Shown here: positions 36,991 through 50,360 of the stretch, in pieces
Layout of the letters: each line of letters starts with the position of its first letter
Position numbering within the stretch: position 1 is the stretch's first letter
Assembly (NCBI GenBank): GCA_964247055.1
Contig: OZ176057.1
Span: forward strand, 6,200,001-6,264,000
DNA length: 64,000 nt
Direction: 5' to 3'
DNA from: Paragordius varius
Lineage: Eukaryota > Animalia > Nematomorpha
Translations under genes and position numbers: made by a program
Notes under the pieces: generated by a model
Seen by the model: only the letters and a program-made list of their open reading frames with translations
Database searches by the model: none
Told to the model about the DNA's origin: nothing

Positions 36991-39900
36991 CATATCAAAG
37001 TTTAAATGTTATGAAACAATGGGCTAAAATAAAAAATTAATTAATCAAAATATGTTTGGTATAATTATCGTTTCAGGCATTTGATTAGTAATACAACTAA
37101 GTATGATATGATTAGAATAACTTTATTAAAATATGATTAACCATGATAAATGTCATCAAACTAAAACACACAAAAATATATATTATGTTAATAGCACAAC
37201 AAATGAAATTCAAATGATTTTTCAATCGTACAACTAAGCTATAATGAATAATGATGAAAGATGGTATGAAACTAGCGGCAACCTAAATAGTGGCGGAATG
37301 ACAGTGTAAAACCCTTAATCTGAATATTCACAAAATTAAATAATTTAAACTAAGAGGATATTAAAAATTTTGTTGCATTAGAGATCATCAACAATTATCT
37401 TGTTGATTCTAACGACAAAAAATATAAATTATAAATACTAAAGTAAACCTTGAATCTACCATTAACATACATGAAAATTCTGTTATATGTTAAATACAAC
37501 ATTTTACCTCGAAAGAAATAGCGATTGTAATTTTTGGTCCGCAAGAATTTCTGAAAATTAAATGAAGGTAAATCCGATAACAGTTAAATCTTTACCAGAG
37601 CACTTTTGCTTGTTATATGAAGCAACTCAATTCCAAAATGGTAAAGCTACATTTACCCCATTCATAAAAATAAGAAACTTAGATTGCGCCAAATATCGGC
37701 CCAAAGTATTAGCTCACTGAAAAAAAAATTTTAACCGTTATTAAAAATTGAATTTTAAATAAAACAATTATTAAAAAAAATTCTCCTTTCAGAAGGTATA
37801 ATCACTTTAGAACCCATATTCATATCAATAAGAAAACAATTTAGCTAATGGTATATTATGACATTTTTATGGTTTCGAAAGCATTTGTCACCATGCCCCC
37901 GGAAAAATAAAATGCATAATATCGGTCTCTCTCCGTCCGTTTCTTACTGAAGCCTGCAAAAACTTGGGTCATCCCAAAAAGATTGTATTGATTCATTTGC
38001 TAAAGATTATTTAATTTAATATTCCTTATATTACTTGGTCCCACATTATCGAACATGCTTTTATAATCCAATGGAATATCAATATCTGGGCTAAACTATT
38101 AATACCTTTTAAATAAAAACTATTTTATAATGATCTCTTTAATAGCCATCCCTAGGTCTAGATGTACATTTTATATCATTATTGTAAGCTAGTAATATTG
38201 TTACATTGCAAATAAATTCATATTTTTATTTCATATTTATTTTATGGGTAGATTATCCTTAAATATATACGTTGGGCAAAATTACGATTTTGAAATTTTT
38301 CTAGCTCAAAGCGATTTCATAATTAACACAGTACCTTTTCATTCTTTTGTGGACGATCAAAATTTTGGGTCGTTTTATATCTCAGAGTTTAACTAACCTT
38401 GTAAATAAGCTACTGTTTAAAAGGTTGTCTTTGTATTTTATTATCAATACAAAATTGGTATTCCTCTGAAACTTGATTGAAAAATCAGCTTATTTTTATA
38501 ATCAATATCAGATATACGCCTTGAAATGTTTCTGGAGGCTTCCTAAATTTATTTATTGGCATTTTTAACATTATACATAACTACGGTGCATGAAATGATA
38601 AGTTTTATACTGGTGGGTTGAATAGGAAAATATGTGGTTCAATCGGCGACGGCGCATTCATATAAAATATTTCCAATTTTAAAATATGGACGGGCACTTT
38701 TATGGAAAATTGCTTTAAAGTCAATATTTTTGAAAAAAGGGGCTGTTTGGGGCATGCTTAAGAATTAAAACAAAAATATAGCACTGACAGCGCCCATAAA
38801 TTTTTCGAAAACTTATATTTAAGTCATAAATTGTTCAAATAAACAATTTTTAAAATGGGCAGGGCAAAACTGACGGCCTTAATTCAAAAAAGAGCTTCAC
38901 CCTTTGCTGCAATCGTAAAACATTATAGAAATTTGTTAAAAAACATTTTTACAAGGATGGGGCTAGACTCGGCAAATTCATTTTTGGTGAATTTGTAATT
39001 AATAATGAAAAACACCACGTTTAAATATGCATGGACCTCACGCTATCCAAAAATTTTCAATCTTAAAATTATAAATCTTCTATATTCATGCTAAGTAGGG
39101 CTCATTTGGGGGCCTCTTTCCTGAAATAAGGAGTAAATTTAAAAAATAGCTTAGTCATTGTCGGCACTATTGCAAAACAATGGAAGTACACTATTGAATT
39201 TGGATGAGCCTACACTGTTTCCAAAAAATTGCTTCAACGTGAATATTGTCTTAAAACCCGTATTTTTAGACTATGTAGGGCCAAATTGAGTGGCTAATAT
39301 AAAAAAGGCTTAAGTTTCGGCGCAAGAAAATAATTTGAAAATGTTTTATTACAACTGACTGTACCTGTAAGTTTTGTTAATGTCGTGTCAAAACCAACAA
39401 TTCTTTCACAACCCCATTTCCATATAAGTGAGGGGCTAAACAGAGGGGCTAATTTTAAAAGGGCTTAGTCACCCTCATTGCCTTTGCGAAACATTATTGG
39501 ACACTGTGTTATTAGAAGAAATGAATATAAAGAAGCATTTATCCATTTAGTAATTTAAATGTAATAAAATGGCTATTTACTGTACAAACATATTGGAGGA
39601 TACGACGATTCTGGACATAATAGTATCATAAATTTCATAAAAATTTGGTTATATTTTATTGACATTTTCCCGCGGTTTAGATAAAAAAATATCTTGAATC
39701 AAAAAATTTATAATTTATTATGTTATTTTTCTACTCGTTTTTAACATAATGATGTCTATGACAAACAGCCCTTTAGATAAAATTCTATTATAACTAAAAA
39801 AATGCATGCTAAAGCTTGGTATATACATTTAGCGTTTTAAATAACTTTGTTCGATTTTCATATTTTTATAAAAAATAAAGGCAACACATATTAATAGGTA

Positions 39901-40819
39901 TAGCGTTCTAAATAATTTGTACGATTGTGGCATTTTTTAAAACTAAAAGTTACATGTTTAAATATATTAATAAAATGTTAGATTTGATGCGTTCTAAATA
40001 ATTTGTTCGATTGCCACTTTTTCATAAATTTACACAAAGCTACATCGTTTAATTAATACAATGATATAATTGCTGTTTGATGTGCTTATGCGATTTTTTG
40101 GGACCACGACCCTATGCTAAATTGTACAAAATACATGAGTGAAAAATTGGACATAACGGTTTGACAAAAATATGTTCACAATAACGGAATTAACAAAAAG
40201 CGTATATTTGGATTTGGATTCTTGGGGAGAATTATAGATATTTTTTAAATAATTATCCCTAATCAAACACATCTAACTAAAACGAACTAATTGAGAGCTA
40301 AAAACAGTATTAATCATAGAGCCAAAGTTATTAGAATTCAAGCAATAAACCAAAACAACTAGTCAAGTAATTACTACAAATATTTAAATTTGAATTTATA
40401 GGCTTAAATTAAATTTTTTTATCTGTGTATTAAAAATTCTTTAGCCAATGTGATATAAATCTTTGCATTTTGCAATAATAACACAGATAAAGCAAAATAA
40501 AACCAGACAAGTACAATGCAAAAATAATGACATTTAAACTACAAAACAATTACAACACATCAATCATTTTAAAATAATAAAAACCTTATTTGCAAAATGC
40601 AAAACATTATCCAACAATCGTCTATAACAGTTCGTAAAATACACATTACTCACTTAATTTTAATTAAATTAGCATCATATAAAAATTGAACTGATTAATG
40701 AAATTATGTAGTGTGCTGTCAAAATATTTCATATGCTAATTTATTTTTGACTAAAAATTAAAAAAATAAACTTGTCGGTCAGGTTATCAAATTGATAACA
40801 TTATACCAAACACTTTATT

Positions 40820-41990
40820 AAATAATGTATTATATGGTTGACTTTGGCCTTTCCGTCCTTCGTTCAAGCAACATTACTCCAGACATTGTTGGAGCACCCC
40901 TTTATATGGCCTACGACATGCTCGGTCTAGATACCTATGATCACAAAGTAGACCTTAGGTTCTTGATTGTAATAATCAAATTAGTTGAAGACAACAACCC
41001 TACAAAAGTTGACATTTAGTAAATCACGTAACTATACTATTTATCATTTAATATTCTACCTATAATTTTTGTTAGATACTACATAAAATCATCTAAACAA
41101 GGACACCAACCCAGCCCAAATTAATTTCCACAGTTTTCACTGATATTTTACAAGACTTATGCGCAAACAGGCTAGCGATAGATGGTCAGCCTATGAATTT
41201 ATGCATATATACATAATTAATTGATTTCATTTTTATTGGGTTACCTACTATAAGATTTTACGGTAAACTATATAAAAATATAAAATTTTTGGTCATACCT
41301 TTTTTGGAACAATCAATCTCTCCGAATAAAGAGCGCATAGTTAATTCCATCATAGATCATTCCAATTCATCTGCAAAATATTAATACCCATATGGTGTGT
41401 TGAATTCCTCCATCAACACAAGTGTGTAGTTTAAACAAAATTCGTTTTTTACAAGTATTCGCGGGAGATCCATTCACAAATAGATCTATTAAATGTTGTC
41501 TTAAAAGGGCTACCAAAAACATAATTTGTTTATATAGTTTGCCGTAAAATTATAGGTAATTCGATGAAAATATTTATGTGTATACCTGCAGCAAGTCATT
41601 GGCCGACCATCGATCGGTGGCCTCTTTGCGCAAAGAGTTTTGCAAAAAATCAGTGAAAGCTCTCGAAATAGATTTCGGCAGAGTTGGGGTCCTTGTTTCG
41701 TTGATTTTATGTGATATCTAACTGAAAATGAAGGTAGATTTTAAAGATAAATCTAATTTCCAAACTCCACTTTATGCCATATGGAGGGTTTCCTACAACT
41801 AATTTGATTAGTATAATTCCAAAGGACCAAATGCACTTTGCAATCATAAGAGTCTCGACAGAGCATGTCGTAGGACATGTAAAATGGCGTTCCGACGATG
41901 TCTGAAGTAAAATTGGTTGAACGGAAGCAGGAAATACCAAAGTCAACCATATCCATATAATAGATTAAATGAACGCTTTTTTCTCATATC
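40820..41990. pseudogene. Palindromic kinase cassette 2
   Basis: Same two inverted arms (ORF track 40825..41019 +, 41753..41956 -). Confidence 0.8.
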
Positions 41991-43490
41991 AAAGTTTAAA
42001 TGTTATGAAACAATGGGCTAAAATGAAAAATTAATCAATCAAAATATGTTTGGTATAATTTTCGTAATTTAGGGCATTTGATTAGTAATACAACAACGTA
42101 TGATATGATTCGTAAAACTTTATTAAAATTTGATTAACCTAAAATAAATGTCATTAAACTAAAACACACAAAAATATATAATATGTTTACTAGCATAACA
42201 AATGAGATTCAAATGCTTTTTCAATCGTACAACTAAGCCATAATGAATAATGATGAAAGATGGTATAAACTAGCGGCAACCTAAATAATAGCGGAACGAC
42301 AGTATAAAACCCTTCATCTAAATATTCACAAAATTAAATAATTCAAACCAAGAGGATATTAAAAATTTTGTTGCATTAGAGACCATCAACAATTATCTTG
42401 TTGATTCTAACGACAAAAAATAATTTAAAAAAATTATAAATACTAAAGTAAACCTTGAATCTACCATTAACATACATGAAAATTCTGTTATATGTTAAAT
42501 ACATGATTTTACCTCGAAAGAAATAGCGATTGTAATTTTTGGTCCGCAAGAATCTCTGAATATTATGAAGGTAAATCCGATAACAGTGAAATCTTTAGCA
42601 GAGCACTTTTACTTAATATATAAAAGTGACTCAATTCCAAATGCTATTTAAGCTACCTTTGGTCCATCTATGAAAATAGGATTAGCCTTGATTGCGCCAT
42701 CTATCGGCCCTTAAAACAATTAGCTCACTGAAAAAAAAAATTTTTAACCGCTATTTAAAATAAAATTTAAGATAAAGCAAACATTAATGATAACTTCTCT
42801 TCCCAAAAGGTAAAAGCACTTCAGAACCCATATTCATCTCAATAAGAAAAATATTTAGCTAATGGATTATTATGACATTTTTATGGTTTCGAAAGCATTT
42901 GTCACTATCCCCAGAAAAAAATAATATGCATACAGTCGGTTTCTCCCTGTCTAATCCATACTGAAGCCAGCTAAAACTTGGCTTATCACAAAAAGATTAA
43001 AAACATAAAACAGATTCTGAAATATATGGAGATCTTTACCCCAATGAATTAGAACAAATAGCAACGTATTGATTTGCTACTCAGGCTACATAGACATGTC
43101 CTGTATAGAGTCTTCTGCCAAAGATTTTTTAATTTACATATTCGCCCTAAAACTTAATTTCACATCACCGAACAAGCTTTTATAATCCAATTGAATAATA
43201 CCAATATCTGGGCTAAACTAATAATACATTTTAAATAAAAACTATTTTATGATCATCTCTTAAATAGCGATTTTGTGATCTAGATCTATCATTTGTGTAT
43301 CACTATTGTAAGCTATATACCATAGGTAATAATGGTAACCACTGCAAATATTACTAAAAATAAAATGCGCATTTAGGGATTTCAATAATTTTTATGACCT
43401 GTAAATTAGCGATATAACCGTTGATAAATACCGACATTTCCTGTAACAAATCATCATTACCACAAATGTTTTCAATCAAACTTAAAGATA

Positions 43491-43769
43491 CAGTAAAACT
43501 TGAAAAACGAAAAAATATAAAGTTGATTATTATTTTCTAAAAACCATACTTTTTAATTTTTTATTTTTCTAAATATAACTGATTGTTTGTTAACTGAGAA
43601 ATAAGAAGTAGAATAAATTGGTAAAACAATCAATTATATATTTTACGATTGAATTTATATTGATTATTATAGGATAAATTAAGGTTTGAAAAAGTATGGT
43701 AGTGTTTTGTAAAAAAAATTTGACTTTATATTCTTAAGTTTTGTTTGATATAATTTGATACTGTCAATT
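43491..43769. mobile_element. MITE family C copy within the tandem array; further partial copies at ~3770-3990, 8870-9095, 27243-27508, 34915-35100 and 44000-44037
   Basis: CAGTAAAAC...AAAACCATACTTTTT and AAAAAGTATGG...ACTG arms. Confidence 0.75.
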
Positions 43770-44044
43770 TCTTCTAAATTATATATTGCAAAATGTTATT
43801 TTAAACTTTTAATTTCGGCAAAAATTTAAAAAAAACACAAATCTTTTTGTAAACACACAACTGAACTTTGGTTCTCTAAACAAACAACATAATTACTAAT
43901 GTGAAAATTGAGGTGTTAGCAAGTTATCTAATACTTTTCCATTGCCTCGAAGTCATATGCGATAAAATAACAAGTTTAAAAACTGCGGTCATTTTATAAA
44001 TTTGTTTTTACGTTTCGTCCGCATTCAATTTTTACTGTACATAC

Positions 44045-45733
44045 TAGATCACTGAGACCCATGATAGTAAGATTAGAAAATAATGGTTTTCTCTGTTCAT
44101 GCAGTCTGTTTGAGTTACTTTGCGGCCTTCGGAATCAAATTGTGAATGTAATCCTGGCAGCCAAAGCAAGTATAATCAATCACGATATTATGAGAGTGAA
44201 TTACCCCTGGTAACATGTAATGCCTACAATAACGTGGAAAAAAGTTTGAGTTGTGTAACACCACTGCTGAGTCTTTATGGTTATTCCAGTTACAATTGTT
44301 ACTTTTACATAGAAAATTTGAAGAGTAAGCGTTGATTTCTATTATGAGACGGACTGTTTTTAAATTTATTAAACAGCAGAACCTACCGATTATATGATTG
44401 AACCAGAAATTATGATTATGTTGGGTTTTATTGTGAAAATTCTTATTTTTTATATTAAAAAATGATAATTTTGATTGATTCCGATTAAATTTTTTTTTTG
44501 TAAATCTTTGGCCCTGAATTGATACTAAACTCCAAAATTTCAGAGTTAACAGCCAAAAACCAAAATTACTTCTAAATAAGAGTATGATGACGTTTGGTAT
44601 AAAGAAAAGCACAATTATATATTGACCAGTTTATCAAATAAGTTATCCCGACAATTATTAATATTTTTTACAATCTACATAAACCAATGTGCCAAGCGTA
44701 CCCTTAGGTAACATCACATATTGGTTTCCCACTTGTGGTCCAGAAAAAGAGACCAGTAAAGGCCGAGCAAAAACTAATATTTGTAATCAGCAAAGTGGGA
44801 AAAAAAATTCAACCAATGCCCGCGCCAAAACTATTTGAGATGTCCGCTGGAGAAGACATGGGTATGCATTTAGACTTGTATGCAAATGATATTTTGCGTG
44901 CGCTCGAAAAAAGTATCGACCAATATGTCACCACGCATCGGAATGTTTATAAGATTGAAAAAGATGTGAGAGGTAATACCGTATACAATTTTTTGAATTA
45001 TGGTTTATACGATAATAATAACAGCAATGGAACCGGATGGAACTGGAATTCCATCACTTATATAGCAAGATTCTATGATGAAAGTTTAGATTACCCAGCC
45101 GATTTAAGCGATAGAATGATTATAGCTGAGCTAGGGACCTATATTACGACACAGCGGACAAGAGTTGAAAAATTGAGTTTGGCGGCTAGCAGTGCCTACG
45201 GGTCGGCCATCGATCTGAATAAACTGCAACAAGCCCTGTCTGAGCCGACATACGAATCTCTCATACAATGGGACCAAGAAAATTATCTAAATGATGAAGC
45301 TTTTGTACTAGGCTCGCAAACAGGGGATATCCTTTCAACTTTCTTATCGAAAAAGGCGCAATATGTTAAACAAAGTCCCCTCGAAACGAGCAACGGAGGA
45401 CAAATGAATTCTCAAACAAATGCCGCCCAAAACGTGGCTAATCAACCAAATACTTCCAATGTTAATCAAGAAAGGAGAACAGAGATGGAAACGCATAACG
45501 TCCTTGGTATGTGGCTTATTTTTGGATATAATTATATTCGGCAAGATTGCTTATCGGAAATCGAAATGTCTCAAATAACCTTACCACAACTTTTGTAACC
45601 GATCATTTTCACATGTGCAGTTATTCTTATTACCAGCATATTTTTATGGTTTATATATCACACGACGTATATGAATCTGTACGTAAAACTAAATCAACCC
45701 ATAATGGATTCAGATGTTCCTGTTAATGAGAAT
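44045..45733 (+). pseudogene. Relic intronless ORF for a type-I membrane (glyco)protein-like product, long copy
   Basis: Cys-rich start (NCECNPG, LVTC...LSCVTP), a 287-codon open stretch (44735-45598), then a hydrophobic C-terminal segment and short acidic tail (...IFLWFIYHTT..RKT..PIMDSDVPV.E.KLIKKR*). Several stops and frameshifts upstream. Confidence 0.6.
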
Positions 45734-47439
45734 AAATTAATTAAAAAGAGGTGAATGGCGTTTGTGATATAAAATTAATGGTTTTACATTTTCTGATAAA
45801 TACTTTTATCTCTAGAATCCAATGAGAACCTTATCACCGTTGCATAAGAGGAATCTCAAAATGTTCTATTTAATTACCGTTCTACTCATAAGGTCCAGAT
45901 TTTGGGTTAAATACATATTCGATTAATTCTTTTTAAATTAAAAATAAAATATATATATAAATTTAGGCAAGATAATCTATTTAACAAAATGAGCGAAAAT
46001 TTTGCCATTTTCTGATATGGATACGACAAAAGTGTGGACAACTAAAATACTCGTAAAGGATCAAAAAAACATTGTGATTATCCTGATACATTTTCCTATC
46101 AGAATATATAAATATCATCACACTGTTTTATTAAATGAAATGTCAAATATATTTATCAACTATCTAAAATCACCTAAATACTAATAATTTAATTATTTTT
46201 GTGCAATATTGAAAAATAAGCCACAAAATTTCTTGGCCATAAATATAAAAGATTGGTCTAACATTTTTCTGCTGATTACATAAAAAATTAATTTGAGAAA
46301 AAAATCAGATAAAATCGAATTTTTTTACTTCAACTTTGGTTTTAATAAAATTATGTCTCTGGCAAACACCCGTTTATATAAATCTAAAAATATAACTCAA
46401 AAAATGCATGTCAAAAGGATGGTATGTACATTTAACGTTCTAAATAATTTGTTCGATTGTCATCTTTTATAAACTAACATAAAGGCAACATCATATAAAT
46501 ATATTAATTGGTATAGCGTTCTAAATAATTTGTTCGATTGTTACATTTTTATATTAACACAAAATTCCATCGTTTAAATATAATAAAATGTTATATTTGT
46601 GTAACGGTCTAAATTATTTGTTCAATTGTCACATATTCATAAATTTACACAAAGCTACATCGTTTAAATATATTATCTTATATTTGCTGTTTGCTACCTT
46701 TATGCGATTTTTGAGAGAAAATCACGACCCTATGCTAAATTGTACAAAATACATGAGTAAAAAATTGGACAGAAGGTAACGGATTGACAAAAATTTATTC
46801 ACAATAACGGAATTATCCAAAAGAATATTTTTGGATGTGGATTCTTGGGGAGAATTATAGAATTATATTTTAAATAATTACCCCTAATCAAACGCATCTA
46901 ACTAACATGAACTAATTGAGGGCTAAAAACAGTATTAATCATAACGCCAAAGATATTAGTATTCAAGCAATAAACCAGAACAACTAGTCAAGTAACTAAT
47001 AAAGTTTAAAATTTGAATAATTTATAATTTAATGTTTGTTTAAAATTAGGCAAAGCGATATGAATGCTTTTGCAATAAAATTAACTATATCAATTAGCAA
47101 TTACAGATAAAGCAAAATAAAACCAGACAAGTACAATGCAAAAATAATGACATTTGAACTACAAAACAATTACAATACATCAATCATTTTAAAATATTAA
47201 AAACCTTATTTTCAAATTGTAAAACATTATCCAATCGTCTATAACAGTTCATCGTAAAATATAGTGGTTTTAGAATTACTCAATAAATTCTAATTGTATT
47301 AGCATCATATATAAAATTGAACTGATTAATGGATTATGTAGCGTACTGTCAAAATATTTCAATAAAATTTATTTTTGACTAAAAATCAAAAAAATAAACT
47401 TGTCAGTCAGTTTATCAAATCAATATCATTATATCACAC

Positions 47440-48610
47440 ATATTAAATAATGTATTTTATAATTGATTTTGGCCTTTCCGTCCTTCGTTCAAGCAACATT
47501 ACTCCAGACATTGTTGGAACACCCCTTTATATGGCCTACGACATGCTCTGTCGAGACACCTATGTTTAAAAAGTAGGCACTAGGTTCTTGGGAATTGTAA
47601 TAATCAAATTAGTTGAAGGCAACAATCCTCCAAACATTGACATTTAGCGGAATCACGTAATTATACTATTTATCATTTTAAATTCGACCTTTATTTTTTG
47701 TTAGATACTACATAAAATCATCTAAACAAGGACACCAACCCTGCCGGAACCAATTTCCACAGTTTTCACTGATTTTTACATGACTTTATGCGCAAACAGG
47801 CCACCGATAGATGGTCAGCCTATGAATTTATGAATTTATACATAATTAATTGATTTCTTTTTCATTGGGTTACCTATTTTATAAATTTTACGGTACACTA
47901 GATAAAGATATAATTTTTTTGGTCGCACCTTTCTTAAAACAATCAATCTCTCCAAATTGAGAGCGCATAGTTAATTCCATCACAGATCCATTCCAATTCA
48001 AATCTGCAAAAAATTAATACCCATATGGTGTGTTGGATTACTCCATCAACACAAGTGTGTTGTTTAAACAAAATTCGTGTTTTACAAGTATTAGCGGGAA
48101 ATCATTCCAAAAAACAGCACTTAGATCTATTAAAAAAGGCTTTCAAAAACATTATTTGGTTATATAGTTTACCGTAAAAGTTATAGGCAATTCAATGAAA
48201 ATATTAATGTGTATACCTGCAGCAAGTCATTGGCCGACCATCAATTGGTGGCCACTTTGCGCAAAGAGTTTTGTAAGAAATCGGTGAAAGCTCTAGAAAT
48301 AGATTTTGGCAGAGTGGAGGTCCCTGTTTCGACGATAATCTGTAGGATCTAACATAAAACGAAAGTGGAATTTAAAGATAAATCTAATTTTCAAACTCCA
48401 CTTTATGCCGTATGGAGGGTTTCCTACAACTAATTTGATTGGTATTATTCCAAAGGACAAAATGCACTTTGCAATCATAGGAAGCTCGACAGAGCATGTA
48501 GGCCGTGTAAAATGGCGTTCCGACGATGTCTGAAGTAAAATTGGTTGAACGGAAACAGGAAATACCAAAGTCAACCATATCCATATAATAAATAAAATAA
48601 ACACTTTTTT
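47440..48610. pseudogene. Palindromic kinase cassette 3
   Basis: Same arms (+ arm from ~47449; ORF track 48384..48584 -). Confidence 0.8.
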
Positions 48611-49959
48611 CTCATATCAAAGTTTGAATGCTATGAAACAATGGGCTAAAATAAAAAACTAATTAAAATATGTTTGGTATAATTTTCGTAATTTAAGGCA
48701 TTTGATTAGTAATACAACTAAGTATGATATGATTCGTATAACTTCATTTAAATTTGATTAACCATGATATGTCATCAAACTAAAACACGCAAAAATATAT
48801 TATATGTTTACTAGCACAACAAATGAGATTCGAATGATTTTTCAATCGTACAACTAAGCCATAATGAATAATGATGATAGATGGTATGAAACTAGCGGCA
48901 ACCTAAATAGTGACGGAATGACAGTTAATCTAAATATTCACAAAATTAAATAATTCAAACCAAGAGGATATTAAAAATAATTAAAAATTTTGTTGCATTA
49001 GAGACCATCAACAATTATCTTGTTGATTCTAACGACAAAAAATAATTGTGAAAAACTTATAAATACTAAAGTAAACCTTGAATCTACCATTAACATACAT
49101 GAAAATTCTGTTATATGTTAAATAAATGATTTTTACCTCGAAAGAAATAGCGATTGTAATTTTTGGTTCGCAAGAATCTCTGAATATTAAATGAAGGTAA
49201 ATCCGATAACAGTTAAATCTTTAGCAGAGCACTTTTACTTAATATATAAAAGTGACTCAATTCCAAATGCTATTAAAGCTACATTTAGTACATCCATAAA
49301 AATAAGGAATAGCCTCAGATTCAGCCAACTTCGGCCCTTAAAAGAATTAGCTCACAGAAAAAAAAGTATTTAAAATCAAATTTAAGATATAACAATCATT
49401 AATAATGAAACTCCTTTCAGAGGGTAAAAGCACTTTAGAACCCATATTCATATCAATAAGAAAAATATTTAGCTAATCGTTTATTATGACATTTTTATGG
49501 ATTCAAAGCATTTGTCACTATCCCCAGAGAAAAATAATATGCATACAGTCGGTTTCTCTCCGTCTAACCCTTACTGAAACCAGCGAAAACTTGGCTCATC
49601 ACAAAAAGATCAAAACATAAAACAGATTCTGAAATATATAAAGATCTTCACCCCAATGAATTAGAACAAATAGCAACATATTGATTTGCTACTCAAACTA
49701 CATAGACAGGTCCTGTATAGATTCATCTGCCAAAGATTTTTTAATTTACATATTCGCCCTAAAACTTAATTTCACATCACCGAACAAGCTTTTATAATCC
49801 AATATAATACCAATATCTGGGCTAAACTAATAATACATTTTAAATAAAAACTATTATATGATCATCTCTTTAATAGCGGTTTTGTGATCTAGATATATCA
49901 TTTGTATATCATTATTGTAAGCTATAAACCATAGGTATAATGGTAACCACTGCAAATAA

Positions 49960-50360
49960 ATTCATAATTTAATTTCAATTTATTTATTTTATGTTATTTT
50001 TTTATTATTTATATTTTTGTTTATTTTTATATTTTGTTATTTTTTTATATTTATTTTTTTATATTTTATTTTATTTATTTCATTTTATTTTTATTATATT
50101 TGTTTTTTATATTATATTTATTATTAGTTTTATATTCATTTTTTTTATTTAATATTTTATTAATTTTTTATCTATTTTAATATTTTAATTATATTTTTTT
50201 TAATATTTTAAATTTATTAATTTTAATTTTATTAATTATTTATTTTATTATTTATTAAATTTTTTTAAAATTTTTATTGAGTTTTTTTATATATTATATT
50301 TTTTTATATTTTTTAATTTTTATATTCTAATTTTAGAATTAATTTATTTGATTTTATTAT
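49960..50360. repeat. T/A-only low-complexity tract
   Basis: About 400 bp almost without C or G. Confidence 0.9.

Noticed and set aside
28490-45733. Stop-codon reassignment to explain in-frame stops in relic ORFs, given the CTA loop at ~30380
   Set aside because: Host genes end in TAA, TAG and TGA, the relics contain all three stop types plus frameshifts, and the CTA element is not a full tRNA.
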